NCBI GenBank assembly: GCA_964491875.1
Contig: CAZBIC010000004.1
Coordinates: forward strand, 132,878 to 196,877
DNA: 64,000 nucleotides
Direction: 5' to 3'
DNA from: an uncultured Bifidobacterium sp.
Lineage (GTDB): Bacteria > Verrucomicrobiota > Verrucomicrobiia > Limisphaerales > JADJPG01
Part shown: one piece after another, positions 56,257-64,000 of the stretch
Layout of the letters: every line of letters starts with the position of its first letter
Position numbering within the stretch: position 1 is the first letter of the stretch
Made by a program: the position numbers and the translations under genes
Notes under the pieces: model-generated
What the model was told of the DNA's origin: nothing
The model's input: the letters and a program-made list of their open reading frames with translations, nothing else
The model's database searches: none

Positions 56257-58796
56257 AGGCGCCAAACCCATTTGTAGCATTCGGCATCGGAACATTGGTG
56301 CTTAGTGTTCTGTCGGCTGCCGGAGCCGATGCACCAAAAATTACCGCGTCTCAATCCGAGTTCTTCGAGAACAAAGTCCGGCCCGTGCTCGTGAAACATT
56401 GCTACAAGTGTCACAGCGCGGAGGCGACAAAGGTGAAGGGCGGGTTGTATCTCGATACGCGCGATGGCGCGCTCAAAGGTGGCGACTCCGGTCCGGCGAT
56501 TGTTCCCGGCGATCCTGAGAAGAGCCTGCTAGTGAAGTCGATTCGCTACGCCGATCCGGATCTTCAGATGCCGCCCAAGGGCGAGAAACTGTCCGACGCG
56601 CAGATTGCTGACCTCGTTGCATGGGTGAAGATGGGTGCGCCCGATCCGCGCGTCGGTACAGTGACGGCGAAGAAATCGACCGGCAAAGATCACTGGGCGT
56701 TTCAACCGGTGAAGAAGCCGGTAGTTCCAGTAATCAGTAAGTCAGTAAACAGTAATCAGCCAGCGACAGCCGGGCGACCACTGAAAACTGATTCACTGAT
56801 TACTGATTACTCAAATCCGATAGACGCCTTCATCAACGAAAAGCTTACCGAGAAAGGCATGACGCTTTCGTCGCCGACGGACAAACGCACGCTCATCCGC
56901 CGCGTTTACTACGACTTGATCGGCCTTCCGCCGACGCCGGAAGAGGTGCAGGCGTTCATCGACGACGCGTCGTCGGATGCGTTCGCGAAGGTCGTCGACC
57001 GCCTGCTCGCGATGCCGCAATACGGTGAGCGCTGGGGCCGGCACTGGCTCGACGTGGCGCGTTACTCCGATACGAAGGGGGAAATCAAGCGCCTGCGGGA
57101 CACGCCGCTGTATCCGTTCGCGTGGACGTATCGCGATTACGTCATCAAGTCCTTCAACGACGACAAGCCCTACGACCGATTCATCATCGAACAGATCGCT
57201 GCGGACAAACTGCCGCTGGCGAAAGGGGACCCGACGCTGGCCGCGCTGGGCTTTCTCACGCTCGGCGAACGTTTTCAGAACAACGAGAACGACATCATCA
57301 ACGACCGCATCGATGTGATGACGAAGGGGCTGCAGGGATTGACTGTGAGCTGTGCGCGGTGTCACGACCACATGTTCGATCCGATCTCGATGAAGGATTA
57401 CTACGCGTTGCGCGGTGTCTTCGCGAGCAGCCACGAGCCTAAGGTCGCGCCACTCATCGGTGGAGATCCGACGCGCGACCCGGATTACGCGGATTACTAC
57501 ACGCAGCGGACGAATCTCCAGCAGCAGCTCGATGCTAAGGTGGTGAAGTTTCGGCAGGGAAACCAGCAGGCGAACCGGGAGATTCTCCGTGAGCGCATCG
57601 AACTCCAGAACAAGATCGACGCGCTGGAATTGACGCATCCCGGCGCTCCGGCGCGGGCCCATGTGTTGCTGGACAATGAGAAGCCAAAGGACTCGCCCAT
57701 CTTCCTGCGCGGTGAAGCGGAGAACAAAGGCCCGACGGTCCCGCGCCGTTATCTAGAATGTGTCTCAGGACCGAATGCGAAACCGTTCACGATTGGCAGC
57801 GGACGAATCGAGCTGGCGAACGCCATCGCGAGCAAAAACAATCCGCTCACGGCGCGGGTGATGGTAAACCGCATTTGGCAGCATCATTTCGGCGAGGGAA
57901 TAGTTTCCACGCCCGATGACTTCGGGACAATGGGATCCGCCGCGAGCCATCCGGAGTTGCTCGATTACCTCGCGAGTTACTTCATGGAGCACGGCTGGTC
58001 GGTGAAGCAGATGCACCGGCTGATTCTCACCTCGGCCGCGTGGCAGCAGGGCAGCGACAACAATCCACGGTTCGCCCAGATTGATCCGTTCAACCGCCTG
58101 CTCTGGCGGCAGAACTTGCGCCGGTTGGAGTTCGAGCCAATCCGCGATTCGCTCCTCGCCATCGGCGGGAAGCTCGACACGAACGTCTATGGCAAACCTG
58201 TGCCGCTCGCGATGGCGAAGGGACGCAACTTTCGCGCGGCGTTGATTCTGGAGCCGAGCGGTCGCGCGATGGATATCGGATACACGACCCGCCGGACGGT
58301 CTACGGCTATATTGACCGTTCTGATCTGCCCGAGGTGTTCAACAGCTTCGATTTCGCGAATCCCGACATGTCGAACGGGCGCCGGCACGAGACAACGGTG
58401 CCGCAGCAAGCGTTGTATCTGATGAACAGCCCGCTCGTGGTGGAGCAGGCGCGGAACGTTGTGGAACGAAGCGATGTGAAATCGTGCAAGACGGATGAGG
58501 GCAAGATTCGGCGCCTCTACGAAATCATTTATCAACGCCCGCCGCGCCCGGAGGAACTGAAGCTTGGAATGGAATTCCTCGAAGACGCTTCGACGCCGGC
58601 GGACTCTGCCCCGCTCGCGCCCGCGGCGGAACCGGTGCGTCCGGGCAAAGGCCGGATGCGCGAGCAATTCAAAGCGAAGCAGGAAGCGCGGCAAGCTGCA
58701 CGCAAGGCGGGCGTTCGCGATGCCCGCCCGCTGGGTGCGCTCGCCGAGTACGCGCATGCGCTGTTGCTGGCGAACGAAGCAGGGTTTGTGAACTAA
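56253..58796 (+). CDS. PSCyt1 / DUF1549 / DUF1553 (planctomycete cytochrome-c-domain) protein
   Basis: CYKCHS haem-binding-like motif. WLDVARYSDT (DUF1549) and CARCHDHMFDP (DUF1553) are present. GTGA overlap with the DUF1501 gene. Confidence 0.85.
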   Translation: MKAPNPFVAFGIGTLVLSVLSAAGADAPKITASQSEFFENKVRPVLVKHCYKCHSAEATKVKGGLYLDTRDGALKGGDSGPAIVPGDPEKSLLVKSIRYADPDLQMPPKGEKLSDAQIADLVAWVKMGAPDPRVGTVTAKKSTGKDHWAFQPVKKPVVPVISKSVNSNQPATAGRPLKTDSLITDYSNPIDAFINEKLTEKGMTLSSPTDKRTLIRRVYYDLIGLPPTPEEVQAFIDDASSDAFAKVVDRLLAMPQYGERWGRHWLDVARYSDTKGEIKRLRDTPLYPFAWTYRDYVIKSFNDDKPYDRFIIEQIAADKLPLAKGDPTLAALGFLTLGERFQNNENDIINDRIDVMTKGLQGLTVSCARCHDHMFDPISMKDYYALRGVFASSHEPKVAPLIGGDPTRDPDYADYYTQRTNLQQQLDAKVVKFRQGNQQANREILRERIELQNKIDALELTHPGAPARAHVLLDNEKPKDSPIFLRGEAENKGPTVPRRYLECVSGPNAKPFTIGSGRIELANAIASKNNPLTARVMVNRIWQHHFGEGIVSTPDDFGTMGSAASHPELLDYLASYFMEHGWSVKQMHRLILTSAAWQQGSDNNPRFAQIDPFNRLLWRQNLRRLEFEPIRDSLLAIGGKLDTNVYGKPVPLAMAKGRNFRAALILEPSGRAMDIGYTTRRTVYGYIDRSDLPEVFNSFDFANPDMSNGRRHETTVPQQALYLMNSPLVVEQARNVVERSDVKSCKTDEGKIRRLYEIIYQRPPRPEELKLGMEFLEDASTPADSAPLAPAAEPVRPGKGRMREQFKAKQEARQAARKAGVRDARPLGALAEYAHALLLANEAGFVN
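56729..56811. repeat. Imperfect 31-nt inverted repeat (AGTAATCAG-type units) embedded in-frame in the coding sequence
   Basis: Left arm agtaatcagtaagtcagtaaacagtaatcag and right arm ctgaaaactgattcactgattactgattact, with a 21-nt GC-rich spacer. It encodes VISKSVNSNQPATAGRPLKTDSLITDYS. Confidence 0.7.
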
Positions 58797-58808
58797 GTCA
58801 GGGAAACC

Positions 58809-59918
58809 TCACTGCATCCGGCTGAACCACCAGGTAACGAGGCGGTGGCCGCCGAAAATCCAGACGGTGGCAGCCATGGCGATGTAGGGTCCGTAGGGCA
58901 GTCGACTTGACCATTCTTGTTTCCGAATCGCGATCAAGAAGACTCCGACCAGTGCTCCGAGAACGGAACTGAACATCAGCGAGAACAACGCGGCTTTCCA
59001 GCCAAGGAACGCGCCGATGGCTCCCATGAACTTCACGTCGCCGAACCCCATCGCCTCTCGCGGGATGACGAGGCGGTCGGTGACGACTTCCATCCGGGGC
59101 ACGGTTTCGGGATCGAGCACTTCGTCGCCGAGATGGAGTTTCTCCGGCATTAAACGAACTTCGATGTCCTTGTAGCTGCGGTCAGGAAGTTCAACGATCT
59201 TGGCCTGGAACTTGATCACGTCGGACTTGCGATAGAAGAGCTCTTCAAACGGGATTTCTTTATCGGGTAGGATGACACCGGTCTCGGTGAAGATGACACG
59301 CGTGTCTGGCGGCAATTGAATGTCCTGCTTGCCGAACATCAGCTTACCGACACGAAGAACGAGATAGACCACACCCCACCCGACAGCGAGTCCGAGGAAA
59401 CTTTGGAGGAGGGAGACCGCGTGGGAGGAGGTTCCGTGAAGGGCCGGAATCGCTGCGGAAAATGCAACGCCGGCGACCATTCCGCCGATCGTGATTTCAT
59501 CCGGGATGATGAAGTGCTCGAAGTCGATGAATGTGGCGACGACGAATCCCGCCATGATCACGCCGTAGGCAAGCGCGAGCAGAACGGATTGTTTTCCGAC
59601 AAGAAGCCAGCATCCGAGAAAGAGGAGGCCTGTGAGCAGTTCCACCAGAAAGTAGCGCACAGCAATGGGCGCGCGGCAGTTGGCGCATTTGCCGCGAAGC
59701 GTCAGCCATGTGACCAGTGGCACATTGAGAAACCACGGTATGGAATAACCACAGTGCGGACAGTGGGATGGTGGTGAAACGACGCTGAGCCCTCGCGGCA
59801 TCCGATGGATGCAAACGTTGAGGAAGCTTCCGACCATGCTGCCGAAAACGAAGAATACGACCGACCAGAAGTGGAACGGTACCGCGGCCCAGACTTCGGG
59901 ATCAAACGTGCGCGCCAT
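58809..59918 (-). CDS. Prepilin peptidase (A24 family) with about 90-aa insertion
   Basis: CPHCGYSI...CANC zinc motif. Catalytic Asp contexts FIIPDE and GFGDVKF. Confidence 0.85.
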   Translation of the reverse strand: MARTFDPEVWAAVPFHFWSVVFFVFGSMVGSFLNVCIHRMPRGLSVVSPPSHCPHCGYSIPWFLNVPLVTWLTLRGKCANCRAPIAVRYFLVELLTGLLFLGCWLLVGKQSVLLALAYGVIMAGFVVATFIDFEHFIIPDEITIGGMVAGVAFSAAIPALHGTSSHAVSLLQSFLGLAVGWGVVYLVLRVGKLMFGKQDIQLPPDTRVIFTETGVILPDKEIPFEELFYRKSDVIKFQAKIVELPDRSYKDIEVRLMPEKLHLGDEVLDPETVPRMEVVTDRLVIPREAMGFGDVKFMGAIGAFLGWKAALFSLMFSSVLGALVGVFLIAIRKQEWSSRLPYGPYIAMAATVWIFGGHRLVTWWFSRMQ

Positions 59919-59935
59919 GCTGGATGCCTGATCGG

Positions 59936-60865
59936 TTATCGACCATAAACGTTTTTGGTGAGTGCTTCACGCATCACCTCTATCGGCGGATTGAACCCGC
60001 TCCAAAGCTCCAGCGCCTTCGCTCCTTGATAAAGCAACATACCGATACCGTTAGCGGTCCGACAGCCAGCAGCCCGGGCTGTTTTGAGCCACAGCGTCTC
60101 GGCGGGGCGATAGATCATGTCATACGCGGCGCCAGCCTTGGAAAGGGAGTATTGAGCGGTGTCGAACGGGGATGGATCATCTGCTTTCAGGCCGAGGGAA
60201 GTAGCGTTTACGACCAGATCAATCGTTTGGTTCGGCGCCGGATATCCGGAGTGAGCTCTGACGTTCGGAAAGCGCTGGGCGATTTCGGCGATTAAACCGG
60301 CGACCTTGCTTTGCGTGCGATTGACGAGAAACAGTTCTGCTACGCCCTCGGCGGCGAGTTTGAGTGCTGCTGTGCGGCCCGCGCCGCCGGCGCCGAGGAG
60401 GAGGATCTTGGCGTCCCGAATTGTCACTCCGAGATCTTCCTGGATTGATCGAGTCACGGCATCCGCGTCGGTGTTGAAACCGTGGGACCTTGTCTTTTGT
60501 GGCGTCGCGTCGTTGAAGTCTGCGATTGAGCGCCAAGTGCCATCGGCGGCGAGGCCTTCGAAGCAGATCGTGTTCACGGCGCCCCACGTGCGAGCGGTAT
60601 CGTCGAGGACATCGACGATGTCCACGGCGAGCAGTTTGTGAGGGACGGTCAGGTTGAGGCCGACGAAGCCCATCGCCTGGGCTCCGACGACGGCGGTGCG
60701 TAGTTCGTCTGGCTGAACATCAAACGCGAGATAGCGCCAGTTCAGTTTCAACGCGGCCATGCCCGCGTTCTGCATGGCGGGCGACGCGGAGTGCTTGATG
60801 GGATGTCCATAGACCGCGCAGCAGCGCGTGGTCGCGCTGATCGATGTGGAAAACAGTTCAGGCAC
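59936..60865 (-). CDS. aroE: Shikimate dehydrogenase
   Basis: YGHPIKHSASPAMQNA, NLTVPHK and LLGAGGAGR. Confidence 0.88.
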   Translation of the reverse strand: MPELFSTSISATTRCCAVYGHPIKHSASPAMQNAGMAALKLNWRYLAFDVQPDELRTAVVGAQAMGFVGLNLTVPHKLLAVDIVDVLDDTARTWGAVNTICFEGLAADGTWRSIADFNDATPQKTRSHGFNTDADAVTRSIQEDLGVTIRDAKILLLGAGGAGRTAALKLAAEGVAELFLVNRTQSKVAGLIAEIAQRFPNVRAHSGYPAPNQTIDLVVNATSLGLKADDPSPFDTAQYSLSKAGAAYDMIYRPAETLWLKTARAAGCRTANGIGMLLYQGAKALELWSGFNPPIEVMREALTKNVYGR

Positions 60866-61215
60866 GCGTGGCTTTTAGCAGCCTTTCTCCGGCTGTCCAA
60901 CCTTCAAGCGCTCGACGGAAGGCGGGAGCGTTCGTCGCCGACGGCGATTGTGCCCAAGGTTGAGACACGGTGATGGATTTCGAGACGGTGAAAACCGATC
61001 GATTGGCTTCAGGGGAGTTTCGGGGGGGCGAAATCTGCCAGGTTTTCGGCGTTTTCGAGGTCCTGATGGACGGGGAGGCGGGGCGAACACCTCTGGCATT
61101 CACACTGCTAAAAGCACGGTGCGGTCGGCAGTAGGCAATCTGTGAACGATGTGCAGCAATAAAATATAACCCGCCTACTGTCTGCGTTCACGCCGCATGT
61201 GAAAGGTAACGAGTA

Positions 61216-61566
61216 ATGAAGATCAATACGCTCCGCAAGTCGGGCTTCACGCTGGTTGAAATCATGATCGTGGTGGCCATCATCGGCCTCCTCGCCGCGA
61301 TCGCGATTCCGAACTTCGTAAGAGCGCGCACCGCCAGCCAGACCAATGCCTGCATCGCCAATCTCAAGCAGATTGAAGGTGCCAAGGCCAACTGGGCTCT
61401 GGAAAACAAGAAGACCAGCGCGGATACGCCGACGGCTGCGATGCTCTACGGTGGCAACCTCTACATCGCGCGCACTCCGGTGTGCCCTGGTGGTGGTACC
61501 TACACGATTGGCGCTGTGGATACGGCTCCTGCGTGCAGCTTGTCCGCCAGCGGTCACGCGCTTTAA
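61216..61566 (+). CDS. Prepilin-type N-terminal cleavage/methylation domain protein (paralogue of 50690..51028)
   Basis: SGFTLVEIMIVVAIIGLLAAIAIP. Shares the C..N...I..AK..W..ENK and CPGGG.Y layout with the other copy. Confidence 0.85.
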   Translation: MKINTLRKSGFTLVEIMIVVAIIGLLAAIAIPNFVRARTASQTNACIANLKQIEGAKANWALENKKTSADTPTAAMLYGGNLYIARTPVCPGGGTYTIGAVDTAPACSLSASGHAL

Positions 61567-61593
61567 GCGGTTCTGCTGACAGTCAGTCTCGAC

Positions 61594-61628
61594 GGGCCTG
61601 AGGTTTGCGCCTCGGGCCCTTTTGTTTT
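61594..61628 (+). terminator. Rho-independent terminator
   Basis: GGGCCTGAGG tttgcg CCTCGGGCCC followed by TTTTGTTTT. Confidence 0.75.
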
Positions 61629-61747
61629 CCAGCCACCCGGCCGTCTCGAAATTCACTCGTCAAACGTTTGCGCGTGACTAGAGTCCCCACCACGTTCCTT
61701 GGGGAGAATCGCCGTGGCAGCGATTCTTCAGGAAGCCCGGTTTGTTT

Positions 61748-63277
61748 ATGAAACCTTCTCTGCGCGTCTTGGTGGTCGAAGATTCAGAGTTCGACACTCA
61801 GATCATGGTTACTCTCCTCCGGAAGGGGGGATATGACGTGACCTACCATCGTGTGGAGGACGGCGAGTCATTGCGGGCTGCGCTCAAGGAGCAGGAGTGG
61901 CACCTCATTCTCGCGGATTACAATCTCCCTGCTTTCAGCGCTCCTGCGGCGTTGGAGGTGTTGAAGGAAACGGGTCTCGATCTACCGTTCATTATTGTTT
62001 CCGGCGGCATCGGCGAAGACATCGCCGTGGCTTCCATGAAAGCGGGAGCCCATGATTACCTGATGAAGGGCAACCTTCACCGTCTGGCGCCGGCGGTGGA
62101 TCGCGAGCTTCGCGAGGCTGCCAATCGCGCGAGCCAGCGTCAGGCGAAGAAGGCGGTCATCGAAAGCGAACTGCGTTATCGTCTGTTGTGGGAGACGTGT
62201 CCGGATTCGGTGGTGTTGATCGATCCTGATGGTTGCATTCGTTTCGCCAATCCTGCGGTGAAGGATGTTTTCGGCTACACCGTCGAGGAGGTTATCGGTC
62301 AGCAACTGGGTATGCTGCTTCCCGAGCGCATGCGAAGCGGGCCGCTCGCGGGTTTCGAGAGATTCTTTCAAGCTGGCAATGCTCGCGTCCGGCTTCGTGC
62401 CGTGGAGACCGTTGGCAAGCGCAAGGATGGAACGGAAATCCCGATTGAAGTCAGTTTCAGTGACATGATGCTTCACGACCAGCCGCGTCTCGTGGGATTC
62501 ATCCGCGATATCGCGGAACGCAAGCGCGCAGAACGTGAGTTGAGGGAGAATCAGGAACAGTTTCGCGTGGCGCGGGAGATTCAGCAGCGCCTGTTCCCAA
62601 AGAGCGCGCCGGCGTGTGCCGGGTTTGATATCGCCGGAGCATCGTTCCCGGCCGAGGCCACGGGGGGTGATTACTTCGACTATCTTCCGATGCCGAATGG
62701 CAAAGTGGGCATTGTCGTTGGTGATGTGACGGGGCATGGAGTGGGGCCGGCGTTGCTGATGGCGGAGACGCGCGCTTATCTCCGGGTTTTGGCGGGCAGG
62801 CGCGAGGATCCGGGTGAGATCCTGACCCGGGCCAACGGAGTGCTGGCGGAAGACGTCGGCACGGAACGCTTCATTACTCTGTTTCTTGGCTGCATTGATC
62901 CAGGCACGCGGGGGTTTGTTTACGCGAGTGCCGGGCATCCGCCCGGTTACATCTTGGGTGCGGATGGCAAGGTGAAGACGGCGTTGAAGAGAACGGGCAT
63001 TCCACTCGGTATGCGGCCGGACAATGTCTTTGCCGCGGCGCCAGAAATCATTCTGTCTTCCGGCGATATCGTGCTGCTGTTGACGGATGGAATTGAAGAA
63101 GCCTCCGCGCCGGACGATTCGTTGTTCGGGATCGATCGTATCATCGAGACCGTGCGCGCCAATCGCGACGCTTCAGCGCACGACATTCTGCAATTGCTCT
63201 ACGAATCGGTCCGAAGCTTCGCGAATCACGGCCCTCAGCTCGATGACATCACGGCCATCATCATCAAAGTGCAGTAG
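61748..63277 (+). CDS. Response regulator receiver / PAS / PP2C (SpoIIE-type) phosphatase
   Basis: VLVVEDSEFD...ILADYNLP receiver, PAS region (VVLIDPDGCIRFANPA), then GGDYFDY...VGDVTGHG...LLLTDGIEE. Confidence 0.85.
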   Translation: MKPSLRVLVVEDSEFDTQIMVTLLRKGGYDVTYHRVEDGESLRAALKEQEWHLILADYNLPAFSAPAALEVLKETGLDLPFIIVSGGIGEDIAVASMKAGAHDYLMKGNLHRLAPAVDRELREAANRASQRQAKKAVIESELRYRLLWETCPDSVVLIDPDGCIRFANPAVKDVFGYTVEEVIGQQLGMLLPERMRSGPLAGFERFFQAGNARVRLRAVETVGKRKDGTEIPIEVSFSDMMLHDQPRLVGFIRDIAERKRAERELRENQEQFRVAREIQQRLFPKSAPACAGFDIAGASFPAEATGGDYFDYLPMPNGKVGIVVGDVTGHGVGPALLMAETRAYLRVLAGRREDPGEILTRANGVLAEDVGTERFITLFLGCIDPGTRGFVYASAGHPPGYILGADGKVKTALKRTGIPLGMRPDNVFAAAPEIILSSGDIVLLLTDGIEEASAPDDSLFGIDRIIETVRANRDASAHDILQLLYESVRSFANHGPQLDDITAIIIKVQ

Positions 63278-63300
63278 CTTCCCCAAAAAACCGACCCGTC

Positions 63301-64000
63301 TCATACGTAGAATTTTTCGAAGGCGCCTCCAAGAAGATCCTCTGCGTCGCGTTTCACTTCCGACTCCGTCACGTGCCAGCCAGTGCGAGCGAGGTCCGCG
63401 TATTTGCCCACGAGCACCTTGGTGATTAGTTGCCGGGAATGCCGCCACTTGTAGATCAACTGGTCGAGGACACGGGCGTCCGAGTGCTGGGGTGTCATGC
63501 TCAGGCCGATCAATTCGATCCGCATCCGGGCGATCTCTTCAATCAAGCTCGGGACGTTGGTGAACCACCAGCATCCGAAAACGTGCAAGTTGCGGAACTT
63601 TCTCGCCAGCACGCAAAGCTCGTGTTGATTCTCGCGGGCGAGGACAGTGACTACAAACTTGTTCTGCGGGAACCGCGCACACAACTCCTGCAACGCGGTC
63701 AGTTTGCTCAGCCCGACGCCATCGCCGGCGAGACTGAGTTGGGGATTGACCTGGCGTTTCACTCCCATCATCAGGGCCATAGGAAGTCCGTGTTCCTCGC
63801 AGTGCGGCAGGACGGCTTGGGCGAGAAGCTGCGAGCAGATGTCGTTGGAAGGAAAATCGAAGTCTGGTGACAGCGATACCATGAGGTAGCGTGCTCCGAT
63901 TCGCTTCGTCCAATCACGAAGGAACCGGCGCACTTCCGAGATGGTCTTGTCATCGAGAGTGGCGGTGACGTCGTATCCCCATTTGGCCAGAGTAGGCGCG
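63301..64000 (-). CDS. uxaC: Glucuronate isomerase (C-terminal part; gene continues past the window end)
   Basis: VFGCWWFTNVPSLIEEIARMRIELIGLSMTPQHSDARVLDQLIYKW is a typical UxaC C-terminus. The frame stays open up to 64000. Confidence 0.8.
   Translation of the reverse strand, partial: APTLAKWGYDVTATLDDKTISEVRRFLRDWTKRIGARYLMVSLSPDFDFPSNDICSQLLAQAVLPHCEEHGLPMALMMGVKRQVNPQLSLAGDGVGLSKLTALQELCARFPQNKFVVTVLARENQHELCVLARKFRNLHVFGCWWFTNVPSLIEEIARMRIELIGLSMTPQHSDARVLDQLIYKWRHSRQLITKVLVGKYADLARTGWHVTESEVKRDAEDLLGGAFEKFYV

Noticed and set aside
21902-58757. Other long shadow ORFs: 21902..22867(+), 28422..29429(+), 38748..39662(+), 47519..48751(+), 52741..53583(-), 53590..54336(-), 57765..58757(-)
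   Set aside because: Each is antisense to a gene with clear family motifs (recombinase, DUF3150, jetC, rny, MBL/HIBADH, DUF1553), and none has a recognisable domain.
1-64000. CRISPR arrays, rRNA genes, intact tRNA genes, retron or DGR-type reverse transcriptase loci
   Set aside because: No regularly spaced direct repeats, rRNA-like stretches, complete cloverleaf candidates or RT motifs were seen on either strand.

Overview
High-G+C window, probably from a PVC-type (Verrucomicrobiota-like) chromosome; that lineage call is inferred from the DUF1501 plus PSCyt/DUF1549/DUF1553 gene pair, the N-methyl pseudopilin paralogues and a CSLREA-type beta-helix exoprotein. It has three parts. (1) 0-19 kb is an accessory region dominated by one 13.4 kb gene for a Sec-signal RHS/YD-repeat polymorphic toxin. 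Its visibly lower-G+C C-terminal tip carries a PD-(D/E)xK-like motif and is followed immediately by an ankyrin-repeat putative immunity gene. A primase-like gene remnant and a large secreted beta-helix protein follow. (2) About 20.2-43.7 kb is an almost uniformly minus-strand genomic island. It holds a ParB/ParB/large-serine-recombinase cassette in which two genes carry single-base frameshifts. Next comes a tightly coupled 17-gene operon: Ycf46-like AAA ATPase, SWIM, DUF2997, DUF1257, DUF3150-like, DnaN-like clamp, WGR-DNA ligase, Cas4-like nuclease and many small unknown proteins. The island ends with a complete four-gene Wadjet (type II-like, TIGR02677-02680 family) operon and a truncated tRNA-Leu(CAA) 5' half. 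(3) 43.8-64 kb is housekeeping: nuoC, rny, rarA, aroE, uxaC, prepilin peptidase and others. It also contains two hairpin-forming repeat elements, one of them in-frame inside a coding gene. The best candidate for an undescribed system is the 24.6-34.7 kb operon. It has no recognisable phage, conjugation or replication-initiator genes. All family assignments are motif recognition by eye and need HMM or structure searches.
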